In this document: positions 29,941-40,370 of the stretch, one piece after another
Position numbering within the stretch: the first letter of the stretch is position 1
Layout: each line of letters begins with the position of its first letter
Source: an uncultured Chloroflexia bacterium
GTDB taxonomy: Bacteria > Chloroflexota > UBA6077 > JACCZL01
Reading direction: 5' to 3'
Length of the DNA stretch: 64,000 nt
Assembly (NCBI GenBank): GCA_963765765.1
Contig: CAVXYC010000015.1
Span: 256,001-320,000, forward strand
Notes under the pieces: model-generated
Databases searched by the model: none
Seen by the model: only the letters and a program-made list of their open reading frames with translations
Told to the model about the DNA's origin: nothing
Made by a program: the position numbers and the translations under genes

Positions 29941-31535
29941 GCACGAAAAGCGTTCCCTCAAAGGGCATGGTGGCAAAACCATCGGTCGTCTCATTCGATA
30001 CGCTTCGGACTGTCGCGGGATTCCTTGGGCCGATCCTTCTTCTCGCGGCGATCGGCTACTGGCTGGTCAACAGCGCCTTCGACACTCCAATGCGACTCCT
30101 GCTGGCTGGCGGGATCGTGCTCGTTGGCGTCTACGTTGCCATTGATCCCGAGGACGTCTGGTCTCGTCTGACCGCGCGCGGCAGCATTTATGGCGGCAAC
30201 ACTCTGGTGATTGCCCTGGCGTTCCTGGCGATTCTGGGACTTTTGAATGTGCTCGGACAGCGACGTCACGAGCGCTGGGACCTCACGCTCAACAAGACCT
30301 TCACACTTTCTGATCAGACCGTTCAGATCGTGGGAAGCTTGCCCCAGCCGGTCAACATGATCGCGTTCTACTCCGATCAGGATTCACGTCGGAATGACGT
30401 TCAAGACCTACTGCGTGAGTACGAGACTCGATCAAACGGCAAGGTCACGTACGAATTCATCGATCCTGAGGCGCGCCCGTCGGTAGCGCAGCAATATCAG
30501 ATCAGGGAATTCGGAACCACCATTCTTACTATGGGCGATCAGCAGCAGCGCGTTACCGGTACGCGTGAATCGGATTTCACAACCGGGCTGCTCAAGCTGG
30601 TCAACCCGAGCCAGAAGAAGATCTACTTCACCACCGGCCACGGTGAGCGCCGCATCGACGCTTCTGACGATCGTGCCTACAGTCAGCTCAAGACGAGTCT
30701 CGAATCAGACAACTTCCAGGTTGACACGCTGAACCTCTTCGCTACGGGACAAGTTCCGGCCGATGCGTCGGTGGTGGTCATCGCCGACCCGCGCTCGCCG
30801 TTCTTTGATGAGGAGAAGCTCGCTATAAGCCTCTATCTTGATCAGGGTGGGCACCTGCTGCTACTCGGTGAACCCAGGCAGCCTGTGAACCTTTCGGAAT
30901 TCGTCGCCAAGTGGAATATCTCCATCGGGAATGATCCAGTAGCTGAGGACCCGCGGTTCACGCTGGGGGGTGACCCGCTTACGCCCGCGGTGGTCAGGTA
31001 TCCCGTCCACAAGATCACTGAGCAGCTTCCTGCGACGGTCTACCCGTTTACCGCGGCTGTGACGTACCCCAAGGGGTCTGATGTCCCACGTGGTACATCA
31101 ATCACCAGCCTCGTTGAGACGTCGCCAAATAGCTGGGTTGAGACGGACCAGAACCAGGTCCGATTCGATGAGGATGTAGAGACGCGGGGGACGGTTTCAC
31201 TCGCAGTCGCCACTGAAGTCACGCTCAATCCGGATGCGTCGACAACCGATCCGGACAATAAGAGCCCCAAAACACGATTTGTGGTGTTCGGCGACGCTGA
31301 CTTTGTCTCCAATGCCGCCTTTCGCTTGCCTGTTGGTAACCGCGATCTCTTCCTGAACTCTGCCAATTGGGTAGCAGAATCCGAGGAGCTCATATCGATC
31401 CGACCCAAGCCAAATGACCAGCGTCAGGTGTTCCTCACCGGGGCGCAGCAGAATCTGGTCTTCTTCTCCACGACGCTATTCCTCCCACTGCTCGTCTTCG
31501 CGGGTGGACTCATCGTCTGGTGGACTCGCAGGTAA
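29928..31535 (+). CDS. GldG-like ABC auxiliary component
   Basis: WDLT...TLSDQT, YFTTGHGER, VFGDADF, NRDLFLNSANW, ISIRPK. Confidence 0.92.
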   Translation: MERLSTKSVPSKGMVAKPSVVSFDTLRTVAGFLGPILLLAAIGYWLVNSAFDTPMRLLLAGGIVLVGVYVAIDPEDVWSRLTARGSIYGGNTLVIALAFLAILGLLNVLGQRRHERWDLTLNKTFTLSDQTVQIVGSLPQPVNMIAFYSDQDSRRNDVQDLLREYETRSNGKVTYEFIDPEARPSVAQQYQIREFGTTILTMGDQQQRVTGTRESDFTTGLLKLVNPSQKKIYFTTGHGERRIDASDDRAYSQLKTSLESDNFQVDTLNLFATGQVPADASVVVIADPRSPFFDEEKLAISLYLDQGGHLLLLGEPRQPVNLSEFVAKWNISIGNDPVAEDPRFTLGGDPLTPAVVRYPVHKITEQLPATVYPFTAAVTYPKGSDVPRGTSITSLVETSPNSWVETDQNQVRFDEDVETRGTVSLAVATEVTLNPDASTTDPDNKSPKTRFVVFGDADFVSNAAFRLPVGNRDLFLNSANWVAESEELISIRPKPNDQRQVFLTGAQQNLVFFSTTLFLPLLVFAGGLIVWWTRR

Positions 31536-31560
31536 GGCGGGTCGGCGCGGAAATACAATA

Positions 31561-32178
31561 ATGAATCCTCGACTCACTATTGGCATGCTCGTCGTGCTTG
31601 CGGCACTTGGCATTGGTGTCTACTTTTCTGAATTCCGCGCGGGAAGCTCAGCTACGCCTCCGGCCGCGCCAAGCGCTCCGGGAGCGCCCCCAGCTCCCGC
31701 GGAGAAAGAAGACCCGCTGCTGCAGATGTATCAGATTGACGACAAGGAGATCGCCAAGCTGGAGTTCTTGAAGGGTGGAGTCGTGACTACCCTGACAAAG
31801 GACGGCGATGATTGGGTGCTTCAGCCGAGCGGCGAGCCGGCCGAGCGCTTTCGCGTGAATAGCCTGCTCGTTCGCGTGGCGTCGCTCAAGGCCAATCGGC
31901 GCATTGCCGAGCCCACCGAAGATCTCCAGGTATACGGACTTGCGTCCCCGGAGATGATCATGCGACTCTGGCGCCAGGACGATTCACTATATGAGCTTAT
32001 CGTGGGGGCGAAGACGCCCAATGACGCCGGGACTTACGCTCGCCGTCCCGATGATCCCGCCGTGTTCGTTCTGCCTAACACGCTGACGAATGACATCGAA
32101 AAGATGATCACCGAGCCGCCCAAAGCACCTGCCACGGCTACTCCGTTCCCCACGAGTACCGCGACGCCTACACCGTAA
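31561..32178 (+). CDS. DUF4340 domain protein
   Basis: N-terminal TM; YGLASP, VGAKTP...YAR...VF; usual position after GldG. Confidence 0.85.
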   Translation: MNPRLTIGMLVVLAALGIGVYFSEFRAGSSATPPAAPSAPGAPPAPAEKEDPLLQMYQIDDKEIAKLEFLKGGVVTTLTKDGDDWVLQPSGEPAERFRVNSLLVRVASLKANRRIAEPTEDLQVYGLASPEMIMRLWRQDDSLYELIVGAKTPNDAGTYARRPDDPAVFVLPNTLTNDIEKMITEPPKAPATATPFPTSTATPTP

Positions 32179-32367
32179 TGGCCACGCAAACTGAGGTGGG
32201 ATGGACCAATGGAAGGTCCATCCCACCGTCCATCTGTAACGCCGTCGTAACCAGAGAAAAACCGGCACCGCAACCAGGTCTCTGCTAGAGTGGTATAGAA
32301 CTCCAGAGTGATCGATCGTCAATGAAGACGATTCGATTCCCGCGTCACGATGAGGTGAAGCGAGCTT

Positions 32368-32757
32368 ATGAATTCAATTCCCGACTCGGGTTACCGACCC
32401 GAGACTGACCCCGCCCTCCTGGCATTTATAAAATGCCACGTTCGATCGGTTGCCACCTGGGACGTTCTCTGCGTTCTGGCACGTAATGTAGGCCACTGGT
32501 TCACACTCGATCAACTCGAGCGAGAGGTTACGATGGCTCCGGCTCGAGTCTCAGCCGCCCTGGTGGAGCTGGTGTCCGACGGTGTGATCGAGTCCGATAC
32601 CGATGCCATCAGTACTGTCTTTCGGATTCCCGCTGATGAGCCATCAACGATTGTGATCGAGCGGCTATTTAATGCTGCTCGAGTCGATCGGAATCTTCGG
32701 CGGATTGTTGTGGCGCACATGGCTCATGGGCACGATGTCTCTGTAGCGCGGCAGTAA
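32368..32757 (+). CDS. Hypothetical winged-helix-like protein
   Basis: TLDQLEREV...VSAALVELVSDGVI pattern. Confidence 0.6.
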   Translation: MNSIPDSGYRPETDPALLAFIKCHVRSVATWDVLCVLARNVGHWFTLDQLEREVTMAPARVSAALVELVSDGVIESDTDAISTVFRIPADEPSTIVIERLFNAARVDRNLRRIVVAHMAHGHDVSVARQ

Positions 32758-33859
32758 TCTCCTTCAGCACAGAAGGCTCGTTCTCCGTTACTTCCGACGC
32801 TCGCAGAGCCACCGTGGCGGCCGGGCCGCCAAGCACGCCCAGGGCCCACGCGGCGTGACCGCGAACCAGCGGCTCTCGATCGCTGAGTGCCTCGATCAGG
32901 ACGGGGACCGATTCAGCATCGCCGCTATTTCCGATGGCCACGGCAACATTTCTCAGCAGCCCCCGTCGCTTGGTGCGCGTAACAGCGGTGCCTTTGAACA
33001 TGGCGCGGAAGCCCGCATCGTCCAGGCGAAGGAGGTCTCGCAGCGCCGGTCGTGCGTGATCGTCTGAGATCGGCTGAAGCTCCGGCCATGTACCAGACTC
33101 CAACCGTCGATTCCAGGGACACACGTCCTGGCAGACGTCGCACCCGAAGATCCGATCCCCAATACTACTTCGCAAATCTTCGGGAATCGCATCCTTTAAC
33201 TCAATCGTCAGATATGCAATGCACCGCCGAGCGTCCAGCTCATAGGGAGCGGTGAATGCGTTGGTTGGACAGGCATCCAGGCAGATGCGGCACTGCCCGC
33301 AATCTCGTGTGCGCACCTCATCTGGTTTCAGGTCGGCGGTAGTGATGATCGTACCGATCAGCAGGTAAGAGCCCAGAGCGCCCGTGAGCAGGTTAGTGTT
33401 CTTTCCGTAGAAGCCGAGACCAGACTGAACCGCGGCCTCACGATCCAGAAGCGGTGCGGTGTCCACGAAGACTCGGGTCCTACACTCGGGTTTATCCGTC
33501 TCTCGGATGAACGCTGCGAGCGAATCCACACGGGCCTTGAGCACGTCATGGTAGTCGGATCCCTGGGCGTACCGGGCAATTCTTCCACGCGGGCCACGAT
33601 CATCAATGACGTCAGGCTGATCGGCGTAGTAGGAGACGCCCAATGAAATAATGGAGCGGGCTCCTGGCAGAAGATCATCAGGATGAGTGGAGGAACGAAC
33701 TCGCTCCTGGTTGAACCACGCCATCTCGCCGTGGCGTCCCTCGGCTACCCACCTGGCGTAGCGTGCTTCGGCTTCCTCGAACGGCTCCGCTCGCGCGATC
33801 CCCACAAGGTGGAAGCCCAGCTCATGCGCATTGGCTTTGACTCGGGTCGTAAAGTCCAT
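32669..33859 (-). CDS. queG: Epoxyqueuosine reductase
   Basis: ARYAQGSDYH, VDTAP, GKN, CGQCRICLDACPT, FGCDVCQDVCPWN, HEAT repeats. Confidence 0.96.
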   Translation of the reverse strand: MDFTTRVKANAHELGFHLVGIARAEPFEEAEARYARWVAEGRHGEMAWFNQERVRSSTHPDDLLPGARSIISLGVSYYADQPDVIDDRGPRGRIARYAQGSDYHDVLKARVDSLAAFIRETDKPECRTRVFVDTAPLLDREAAVQSGLGFYGKNTNLLTGALGSYLLIGTIITTADLKPDEVRTRDCGQCRICLDACPTNAFTAPYELDARRCIAYLTIELKDAIPEDLRSSIGDRIFGCDVCQDVCPWNRRLESGTWPELQPISDDHARPALRDLLRLDDAGFRAMFKGTAVTRTKRRGLLRNVAVAIGNSGDAESVPVLIEALSDREPLVRGHAAWALGVLGGPAATVALRASEVTENEPSVLKEITAALQRHRAHEPCAPQQSAEDSDRLEQH

Positions 33860-33875
33860 TAAGCAGCGGAGAAAT

Positions 33876-33913
33876 ACGACAGGCGCGGAGTGACTCACTT
33901 CCGCGCCTGTCGT
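33876..33913 (-). terminator. Hairpin between tpx and queG
   Basis: acgacaggcgcgga...tccgcgcctgtcgt. Confidence 0.7.
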
Positions 33914-33937
33914 TCTACCTAGCATCGATGGGGTCGG

Positions 33938-34450
33938 CTACTTGGCCGCCTTCGCGGCCGCAAGCGCAGCCTCGTAATTTGGCTCCGTCGTCACTTCCGG
34001 GACGTACTCAACGTACTTCACCTTGCCGTCTTCGCCGATAACGAACACCGCTCGAGTAAGCAGACGCGGCCCCTTCATCAGCACACCGTAGTCGGTGGCG
34101 AAGACTTCATCGCGGTGGGATGATGCCGTGCGATGGCCCACTTCGGCCGCACCACACCAGCGCTTTTGTGCCATGGGCAGGTCCATGCTGACGGTCAACA
34201 TCTCGACATCGCCGAGAGCCGCACGTTCCTTGTCCCAGCGCCGCGTTTCCGTGTCACACACCGGCGTGTCAAGTGATGGGACGGCGCTGAGGAGGACCAC
34301 TTTGCCCGCGTAGTCCGAGAGCTTTACCGGGGACATGTCCTGCCCTACGAGCTCGAAATCCGGGGCCGTGTCGCCGACCTTGATCTCATCGCCAACGAGT
34401 GTGACCGGGTTGCCGCGCATGGTCACTGCGCCTTCACGTTCTTTTGCCAT
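33938..34450 (-). CDS. tpx: Thiol peroxidase
   Basis: VPSLDTPVC, SMDLPMAQKRWCGA. Confidence 0.96.
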   Translation of the reverse strand: MAKEREGAVTMRGNPVTLVGDEIKVGDTAPDFELVGQDMSPVKLSDYAGKVVLLSAVPSLDTPVCDTETRRWDKERAALGDVEMLTVSMDLPMAQKRWCGAAEVGHRTASSHRDEVFATDYGVLMKGPRLLTRAVFVIGEDGKVKYVEYVPEVTTEPNYEAALAAAKAAK

Positions 34451-34559
34451 TTAAATCCCTCCGAGCGCCGCCGTCGGTGACTTCCGGAATGACCGCGGTG
34501 CCCAGTCATCCTAGCATAGGGGTCGGAGTTTCGATTCAGGCCGCGGGGGCACTTTCGGA

Positions 34560-35261
34560 TCACTCTTCCACGTCAATCTGATCGATGACATCCTGTACAC
34601 CCGGAACGGTTGCCGCGACAGACTCGGCATTTTCCGCATCCTCGATTCCCGCAACCCCGCCTTCCAGTACGACGACTCCGTTCCGCGCCGTGACCTTGAT
34701 ATTTAGGTCCGTTGTGCTGGCATCGGCAATGAGCCGGCGACGTACAGCATCCTCCAACGCTTCGTCGCCGATCTGACCGTCGCTCGCGGAGCGCTCAGGG
34801 CCAGGTGTCTCCAGTGCAGTGGCGGAGAAGCCGCCAACGATGTCCCCGTTGTCACGGGCACCGGGCTCTACAACAGGATCCGTGGGCGGGAAATAGCTCT
34901 CTTCCTGCTCGTCGACCACGTCTTCAATTGCTGTCGTCACGGGTTGATCGTTGAAGCTGGGCTCGATCATGCTGTCGCCAGCGTCGAGCTCTTCTCGGGT
35001 CTCACTGAGGTTGTCAGCCGGGCCGGCTTCAACCTGGAACCCTTCCACATCCACGGGTAGGATGTCCTGGACCTCAAGACCGTTGTCGATCTCTCGATCC
35101 GGCGCGATCGACCGCACGATGTCTTCGGCGGCCTGCCGTGATTCCTCGGTGTCAACCTCGCCTGACAGCGTGACGGATCGCTCGTCCACGCCAACCGCCG
35201 CGTACACGCCCGCTTCTTCGAGCGCCTTTTCCAACTTTCCCTGAACGTCTGATTGCGCCAT
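34560..35261 (-). CDS. Acidic dual BON-domain protein
   Basis: VTLSGEV...IDNGL, YFPPTDPV, VVVLEG...VPGVQDV. Confidence 0.88.
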   Translation of the reverse strand: MAQSDVQGKLEKALEEAGVYAAVGVDERSVTLSGEVDTEESRQAAEDIVRSIAPDREIDNGLEVQDILPVDVEGFQVEAGPADNLSETREELDAGDSMIEPSFNDQPVTTAIEDVVDEQEESYFPPTDPVVEPGARDNGDIVGGFSATALETPGPERSASDGQIGDEALEDAVRRRLIADASTTDLNIKVTARNGVVVLEGGVAGIEDAENAESVAATVPGVQDVIDQIDVEE

Positions 35262-35574
35262 CCCAAGCCCCCTGGTGAACGTCGATTAAGGGCCGGATAT
35301 CGGCAGGTCACGTGCCAGGCTAATTTCCTGGCATAGGATCTGCACGCGACAAACACACCGGCCAGTGGAGTGAATCGGTGGACAAGCCAATTGGCCCTGG
35401 CGTCCAATACTCGCAGGGCGCCTCGCACAGCTAGCTCCGCCAAGGGCGCTTCGGACGGCAGCGCAGAGGCATCCAGGACCCAGGCCGGCCCATCGTAGTC
35501 TGAGGGCACGCGGCAGCGACGGCCGCCGCGTGCCCCTCTCACAAGCTTTGGCTCCGTCGGAGATGGAAAAGGTT

Positions 35575-36921
35575 ATGCGTCAGAACGGACATGTTCAGGA
35601 CACCGGACGGCAGTCGGCGCGCGTTGTTGTTCTCGGCGCAGGATTTGGTGGCCTGAACGCCGCGACTGAGCTTGCGAAGGCGGCGCGGCGCGGCGCACCT
35701 CTTCATATCACGCTTGTAGATAAAAACAACTATCACGCCTTTGCGCCCTTGCTTTACCAATCGGCCGTTGGCCTGGTTGACTCGCGTAGCGTGGCATACC
35801 CGGTTCGGGCAGTCACGAGCCCGCTCGGGATCGGGTTTGTCAGGGCACAGGTTGAGGACATCGATATCTCCAGACGCCACGTTCGTACATCTGATGGAGA
35901 TCTAAGTTATGACTGGCTCATCGTCGGATTGGGAAGCGTGCCCAGGTACTTCGGCTTGCAGGACCCCGGCGGGCGAGTTCTGCCTCTCAAGTCCATCGAG
36001 GACGCTGGCCACATTCGGGCACGCGTCATGAGTGCCATGGAGGAGGCGGAGGAGCTATCCGACGCTGAAGCGCGCCGACGCGTATTGTCGTTCACCATTG
36101 TGGGCGGCGGACCAACCGGGCTGGAGTTGGCTGGCGCGTTGCGGGCATTGATCAATGACGTGGCCGGTCGAGAATACCGTAACTTCAGCGCGTCCGAAGC
36201 GAGTGTGACGGTTCTCGAGGGCGCCGACGCGGTTCTACCGGGCTTTCCAGCGCAGTTAGCACAACGCGCTCAGGAGCGTCTGACCCAGCAGGGAGTTGTG
36301 ATTCACCTGGGCCAGATCGTGAAAGCCGTGGATGAGGAAGCCGTCATCACAGCCTCGGGCGCGCGTTTTCCGTCATTCACCGTGATTTGGGCGGCTGGCG
36401 TCCAACCTGGTCCGGTCATTGACGCACTTCCAGGAGAGCGCGTTCGAGATGGTCGGCTCATTGTGCGGCCGACGCTGCAGGTCACTGGCGACGATCGAAC
36501 GTTCTTGATCGGTGACATGGCCGCGTTCACTCCACCCGGCGAAAGCAGACCGCTGGCCGCGCTCGCTCCCGTGGCCATCCAGGAAGGCGAAGTCGCGGCA
36601 AAGAATGTGCTACGCGCCATGGCCAATCGACCGATGCGACCGTTCAAGTATCAGGATCGTGGGAGTCTGGTGATTCTTGGTCGGTATGGCGCCGTGGCAC
36701 AGGTGGGCAGCGCTATGTTCGATGGTCTGCCAGCCTGGCTGCTCTGGCGCGCCGTACACTTGGCCTGGCTGCGCGGAATTCGGCACAAGCTGGAAGTCTT
36801 GGTGGATTGGTCGCTGCTTACTATGACGCCGAGGCAAACGTCGATCATCGAGAACGAAGCGCATCCGGCCGTAGCAGCAGGGCCGGAGACGAAGCAGGTG
36901 GTTGGCGGCGGCACGTCGTAA
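35575..36921 (+). CDS. ndh: Type II NADH dehydrogenase
   Basis: GAGFGG, PLLYQ, GGGPTGLELAG, IWAAGV, APVAIQEG, FKYQDRG. Confidence 0.93.
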   Translation: MRQNGHVQDTGRQSARVVVLGAGFGGLNAATELAKAARRGAPLHITLVDKNNYHAFAPLLYQSAVGLVDSRSVAYPVRAVTSPLGIGFVRAQVEDIDISRRHVRTSDGDLSYDWLIVGLGSVPRYFGLQDPGGRVLPLKSIEDAGHIRARVMSAMEEAEELSDAEARRRVLSFTIVGGGPTGLELAGALRALINDVAGREYRNFSASEASVTVLEGADAVLPGFPAQLAQRAQERLTQQGVVIHLGQIVKAVDEEAVITASGARFPSFTVIWAAGVQPGPVIDALPGERVRDGRLIVRPTLQVTGDDRTFLIGDMAAFTPPGESRPLAALAPVAIQEGEVAAKNVLRAMANRPMRPFKYQDRGSLVILGRYGAVAQVGSAMFDGLPAWLLWRAVHLAWLRGIRHKLEVLVDWSLLTMTPRQTSIIENEAHPAVAAGPETKQVVGGGTS

Positions 36922-37006
36922 CATCCCCCAGGCCCTCGTCGTACAGCGCTCTGTAGCTTGATCACCCCCGTCCGCCTTGTTCGTCGCTCGTCTATCATCC
37001 CGGCTC

Positions 37007-38365
37007 ATGACGGACGATCAATCGGCGCTCCAATGGCTCTTCGGTTTCACCGATTGGGAGCGTGGAATTGGCTGGGGAAACCGAGCCAGCCCCGACTTGA
37101 GTTGGAATCTCGGCCGCACACGCTGGCTTCTGGAGGCGGTCGGGCGCCCAGATCGCGATTTGCCGGTGGTGCTTATTGCGGGAACCAAAGGCAAAGGATC
37201 CACGGCGGCTCTCATCGAAAGCATTTCCCGAGCAGGCGGAAAGCGCACGGCGCTCTACACACAGCCGCATCTTCAGGACTACCGTGAGCGGATTCGTCTT
37301 GATGGTGCGCCGATTGCAGAGGAACGTTTTGCGGAAGTTGTGAATCGTTTCCGCGAGCCCGTTGACCGTTTACTCAATGAGCTCCCTGATGCGGGAGAGC
37401 CCACCACGTATGAGATCACGACCGCTATGGCCATGCTTGCGGCCAGGGACCATCGAGCAGATCTGGCGGTGATCGAGGTGGGACTCGGGGGCCGTCTCGA
37501 TGCGAGCAATTGCCTCGATCCGATCGTCTCGGTGTTGACTCGTGTCAGTTACGACCATACGCAGATCCTCGGCCCAACGCTGGGCGCGATTACGCGAGAG
37601 AAGGCGGCCATCGCGCGGCCGGGCCGACTCCTGCTCAGTGCACCGCAGCGTCCCGCTGCTCATCGTGCGCTAGTTAGGGCAGTGGGTGAAATCGGCGCTC
37701 GATACCGCTTTGTTGCACCCTTGAGGGCCGTCAGCAGGGTCGCAACCGGATCTCCAGACGCCCAGCGAGTGAGCGGGATCGTTCTGAATCAACGGTTCGA
37801 GAGTGATCTCTCACTCCTCGGCGAGCATCAGCGGGAGAACGCCGCCCTAGCCGTTGCTGTGTGTGAAGAGCTTGCGGGCGCTGGAGTGCTTGCGCTTGCC
37901 GTAAGACACGTGCACGAAGGTCTTAGCAGAGTGGATTGGCCGGGACGACTCGAGACAATGTCCGTTACTCCGCGCATCGTTCTGGACGGTGCTCACAATG
38001 GGGAATCTGCCGAGCGCTTGGTTCGGGCGCTCCGTGAGTCCTTCATCTTCGATCGTTTGATCCTGGTGCTGGGCATCCTGCGAGACAAGGATGCCCGAAC
38101 GATGTTGAGATCATTGACGCCATCCGCGGATATCGTGATCGCCACCCGAAGTACGAGTCCTCGCGCGTTAGAGCCCACAGAGCTTGCGGACCTGGCTCTC
38201 CGTAACCATCACGATGTCCGAGTCGCGCCGACTATCTACGATGCATTGAGCCAGGCACGAGCCTCGGCCAGGGGTGACGATCTTATCTGCGTGACCGGCT
38301 CATTGACAGTTGTTGGCGAAGCCCGCGCGCTTCTCTTGCCCCACGATCAGAGCCGCATCCCGTAA
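37007..38365 (+). CDS. folC: Folylpolyglutamate/dihydrofolate synthase
   Basis: AGTKGKGS, EVGLGGRLDASN, WPGRLE, DGAHN, TGSL. Confidence 0.95.
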   Translation: MTDDQSALQWLFGFTDWERGIGWGNRASPDLSWNLGRTRWLLEAVGRPDRDLPVVLIAGTKGKGSTAALIESISRAGGKRTALYTQPHLQDYRERIRLDGAPIAEERFAEVVNRFREPVDRLLNELPDAGEPTTYEITTAMAMLAARDHRADLAVIEVGLGGRLDASNCLDPIVSVLTRVSYDHTQILGPTLGAITREKAAIARPGRLLLSAPQRPAAHRALVRAVGEIGARYRFVAPLRAVSRVATGSPDAQRVSGIVLNQRFESDLSLLGEHQRENAALAVAVCEELAGAGVLALAVRHVHEGLSRVDWPGRLETMSVTPRIVLDGAHNGESAERLVRALRESFIFDRLILVLGILRDKDARTMLRSLTPSADIVIATRSTSPRALEPTELADLALRNHHDVRVAPTIYDALSQARASARGDDLICVTGSLTVVGEARALLLPHDQSRIP

Positions 38366-38575
38366 GGGTGCGGTTCTGATCGATTCGGAATTCGAGCAGT
38401 CCATTGTCAAAACTCGCATGTTTCGTTTGACAATGGCTCGGGCAGGACGTAGCATCTTTGCAGCGTTCCGTGGGCATCCGTGGAACGAAAATGACCCAGT
38501 GAGGATAGTGCGGGTTCGCTTGACGGAGCTCCCGGAGCCCCTTCCAGCTACAACCGCGTGCAAAAAGCCAGAAAC

Positions 38576-38887
38576 ATGATCGATCTCAGCGAGATGATTG
38601 CGATCGACGATTTCTCAAACGACACACTGATAGCACTGGCTGATCGTCTCGAGCGGTCGACGACATTCCAAGAGCTCCTGGTCCGAGAGGCTGAGCTGGA
38701 CGAAATCTATCGTCGAGTCGAGACGGCGCTCATCGATGCGAAGTCGGCTAACGATGCACATTCAATGGCGGGACTGCAACAGCTCTTTCAACGCGTCTGG
38801 GAGGCGCATGATCTTGCTGCCGAAGGCGAGCCCGTGGAGGCCGCACGACGACTCCGCCAGGGGATGACAGGCGATAACGGTCCGTGA
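38576..38887 (+). CDS. Hypothetical acidic helical protein
   Basis: 103-aa ORF, co-directional between folC and the oxygenase. Confidence 0.65.
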   Translation: MIDLSEMIAIDDFSNDTLIALADRLERSTTFQELLVREAELDEIYRRVETALIDAKSANDAHSMAGLQQLFQRVWEAHDLAAEGEPVEAARRLRQGMTGDNGP

Positions 38888-38939
38888 TAACAACCGAACA
38901 TACCTATAGAGTAGAGCGCAAGACTAAGGGAGGTCTCAC

Positions 38940-40217
38940 ATGCTCAATGCCGCCGACAATGAGCTCCTGACTCAGGTGGGTCCGGGGGCCCCGATGGGCC
39001 AATGGCTGCGTCGCTTCTGGACGCCACTCATGTTGTCCGAGAAGCTGGGCGGGCCGGACTCGGAGCCCATTGAAACCCGAATGTATGGCGAAGACTTGCT
39101 GGTCTTCCGAGATACAGACGGGAAGATAGGCGCCATCCAGCCGCTCTGCCCGCATCGTCAGGCGCCACTGGTCTACGGACGAAACGAGGAGTCGGGGCTG
39201 CGCTGTATCTACCACGGCTGGAAGTTCAACACGAGCGGCGTATGCGTGGAAATGCCCAACGAGCCGGCTGATTCGGATTTCAAGCACAAGGTACGGCCGG
39301 TCTCCTATCCCCTGCGCGAGAAGGCCGGTGTCATCTGGATCTATATGGGCCCCAAGCATCTCGAGCCGGAGATTCCGGACATGGAGTGGATGCGGGTGCC
39401 CGCGAGCCATCGCAACGTCTCCAAGTTCAACGTCGAGGGGAACTGGGTTCAGGCGATGGAAGGCGACGTGGACTCGAGTCACGTGGGTTTCCTCCACAAA
39501 GACATGAGCACGATTCGCGATCCCAAGAAGGCCATTCCAGAGCAGCGCTATCAGGCGCTCGACCGCGCTCCTCGCTGGATCATTCAGCCGATGGACAGCG
39601 GCATGATGATCGCCGCCCGCCGCAACGCTGAAGAGGACTCGTACTACTGGCGCATCAACCAGGTGTACTTCCCGTTCTACACGCTCGTTGCCGGCCCGCT
39701 GGATCAGAGCAAGTTCCTGATGCACATCTGGGTTCCCCAGGACGATGGCCACTGCGACGTCTGGACGGCGTTCTGGAAGCCGAAGGATCCGATGTCCGCG
39801 GAAGAGCGGGCCGAGATGTTTAGCGGCCCACGACCGCACGTTGGCACGTTCAACCCGGAGACCGGCGGACTTTTCGGCAACAAGAGCAATCACTTCTTCC
39901 AGGACCGCAAGGACCAGAAGGAGAACACGTTCTCCGGTATCCGCGGCATTCGTGAGCAGGACGCGGCCATGACGGTGGGTATGGGCGCCATCGTCGATCG
40001 CACCAAGGAGCATCTCGGAACGGCAGATATGGCCGTTATCGCCTTGCGGCGCATTTTGATCCGCGAAGCGAAGAGGGTAGCTCACGGTGAGGAGCCCGTG
40101 GCTCCGTACAATGGCGCGCTCTATCGGAATCGCGCCTGGTCTGGCGTGCTTCCGCGACGTGAGCAGTTCCTGGAAGATCCAGAAGCGAAAGAGATGATGC
40201 TGACATTGGTGCCCTGA
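38940..40217 (+). CDS. Rieske non-heme iron oxygenase (phthalate 4,5-dioxygenase/LigX-like)
   Basis: NELLTQVGPGAPMG, CPHR...CIYHGW, EGDVDSSHVGFLH, EQD, EHLGTAD. Confidence 0.93.
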   Translation: MLNAADNELLTQVGPGAPMGQWLRRFWTPLMLSEKLGGPDSEPIETRMYGEDLLVFRDTDGKIGAIQPLCPHRQAPLVYGRNEESGLRCIYHGWKFNTSGVCVEMPNEPADSDFKHKVRPVSYPLREKAGVIWIYMGPKHLEPEIPDMEWMRVPASHRNVSKFNVEGNWVQAMEGDVDSSHVGFLHKDMSTIRDPKKAIPEQRYQALDRAPRWIIQPMDSGMMIAARRNAEEDSYYWRINQVYFPFYTLVAGPLDQSKFLMHIWVPQDDGHCDVWTAFWKPKDPMSAEERAEMFSGPRPHVGTFNPETGGLFGNKSNHFFQDRKDQKENTFSGIRGIREQDAAMTVGMGAIVDRTKEHLGTADMAVIALRRILIREAKRVAHGEEPVAPYNGALYRNRAWSGVLPRREQFLEDPEAKEMMLTLVP

Positions 40218-40370
40218 GGCGCCGAAAAAGCATCGGTACGCTCAACGTGTTCATCTCTGGGCAGTGCCATGGCACTGCCCAGAGTGCCGTGAGCCGAAGT
40301 TACCAGATCGAATCTAATCCATTGATCGGTCCGACGATCGGATCGAAGCAGTTCACGCTGGAGTGAGTTT

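Noticed and set aside
38904-40085. Long antisense ORFs (also 49443-50468, 11022-11795, 16309-16998)
   Set aside because: Shadows of well-supported genes on the opposite strand in GC-rich DNA, with no motifs
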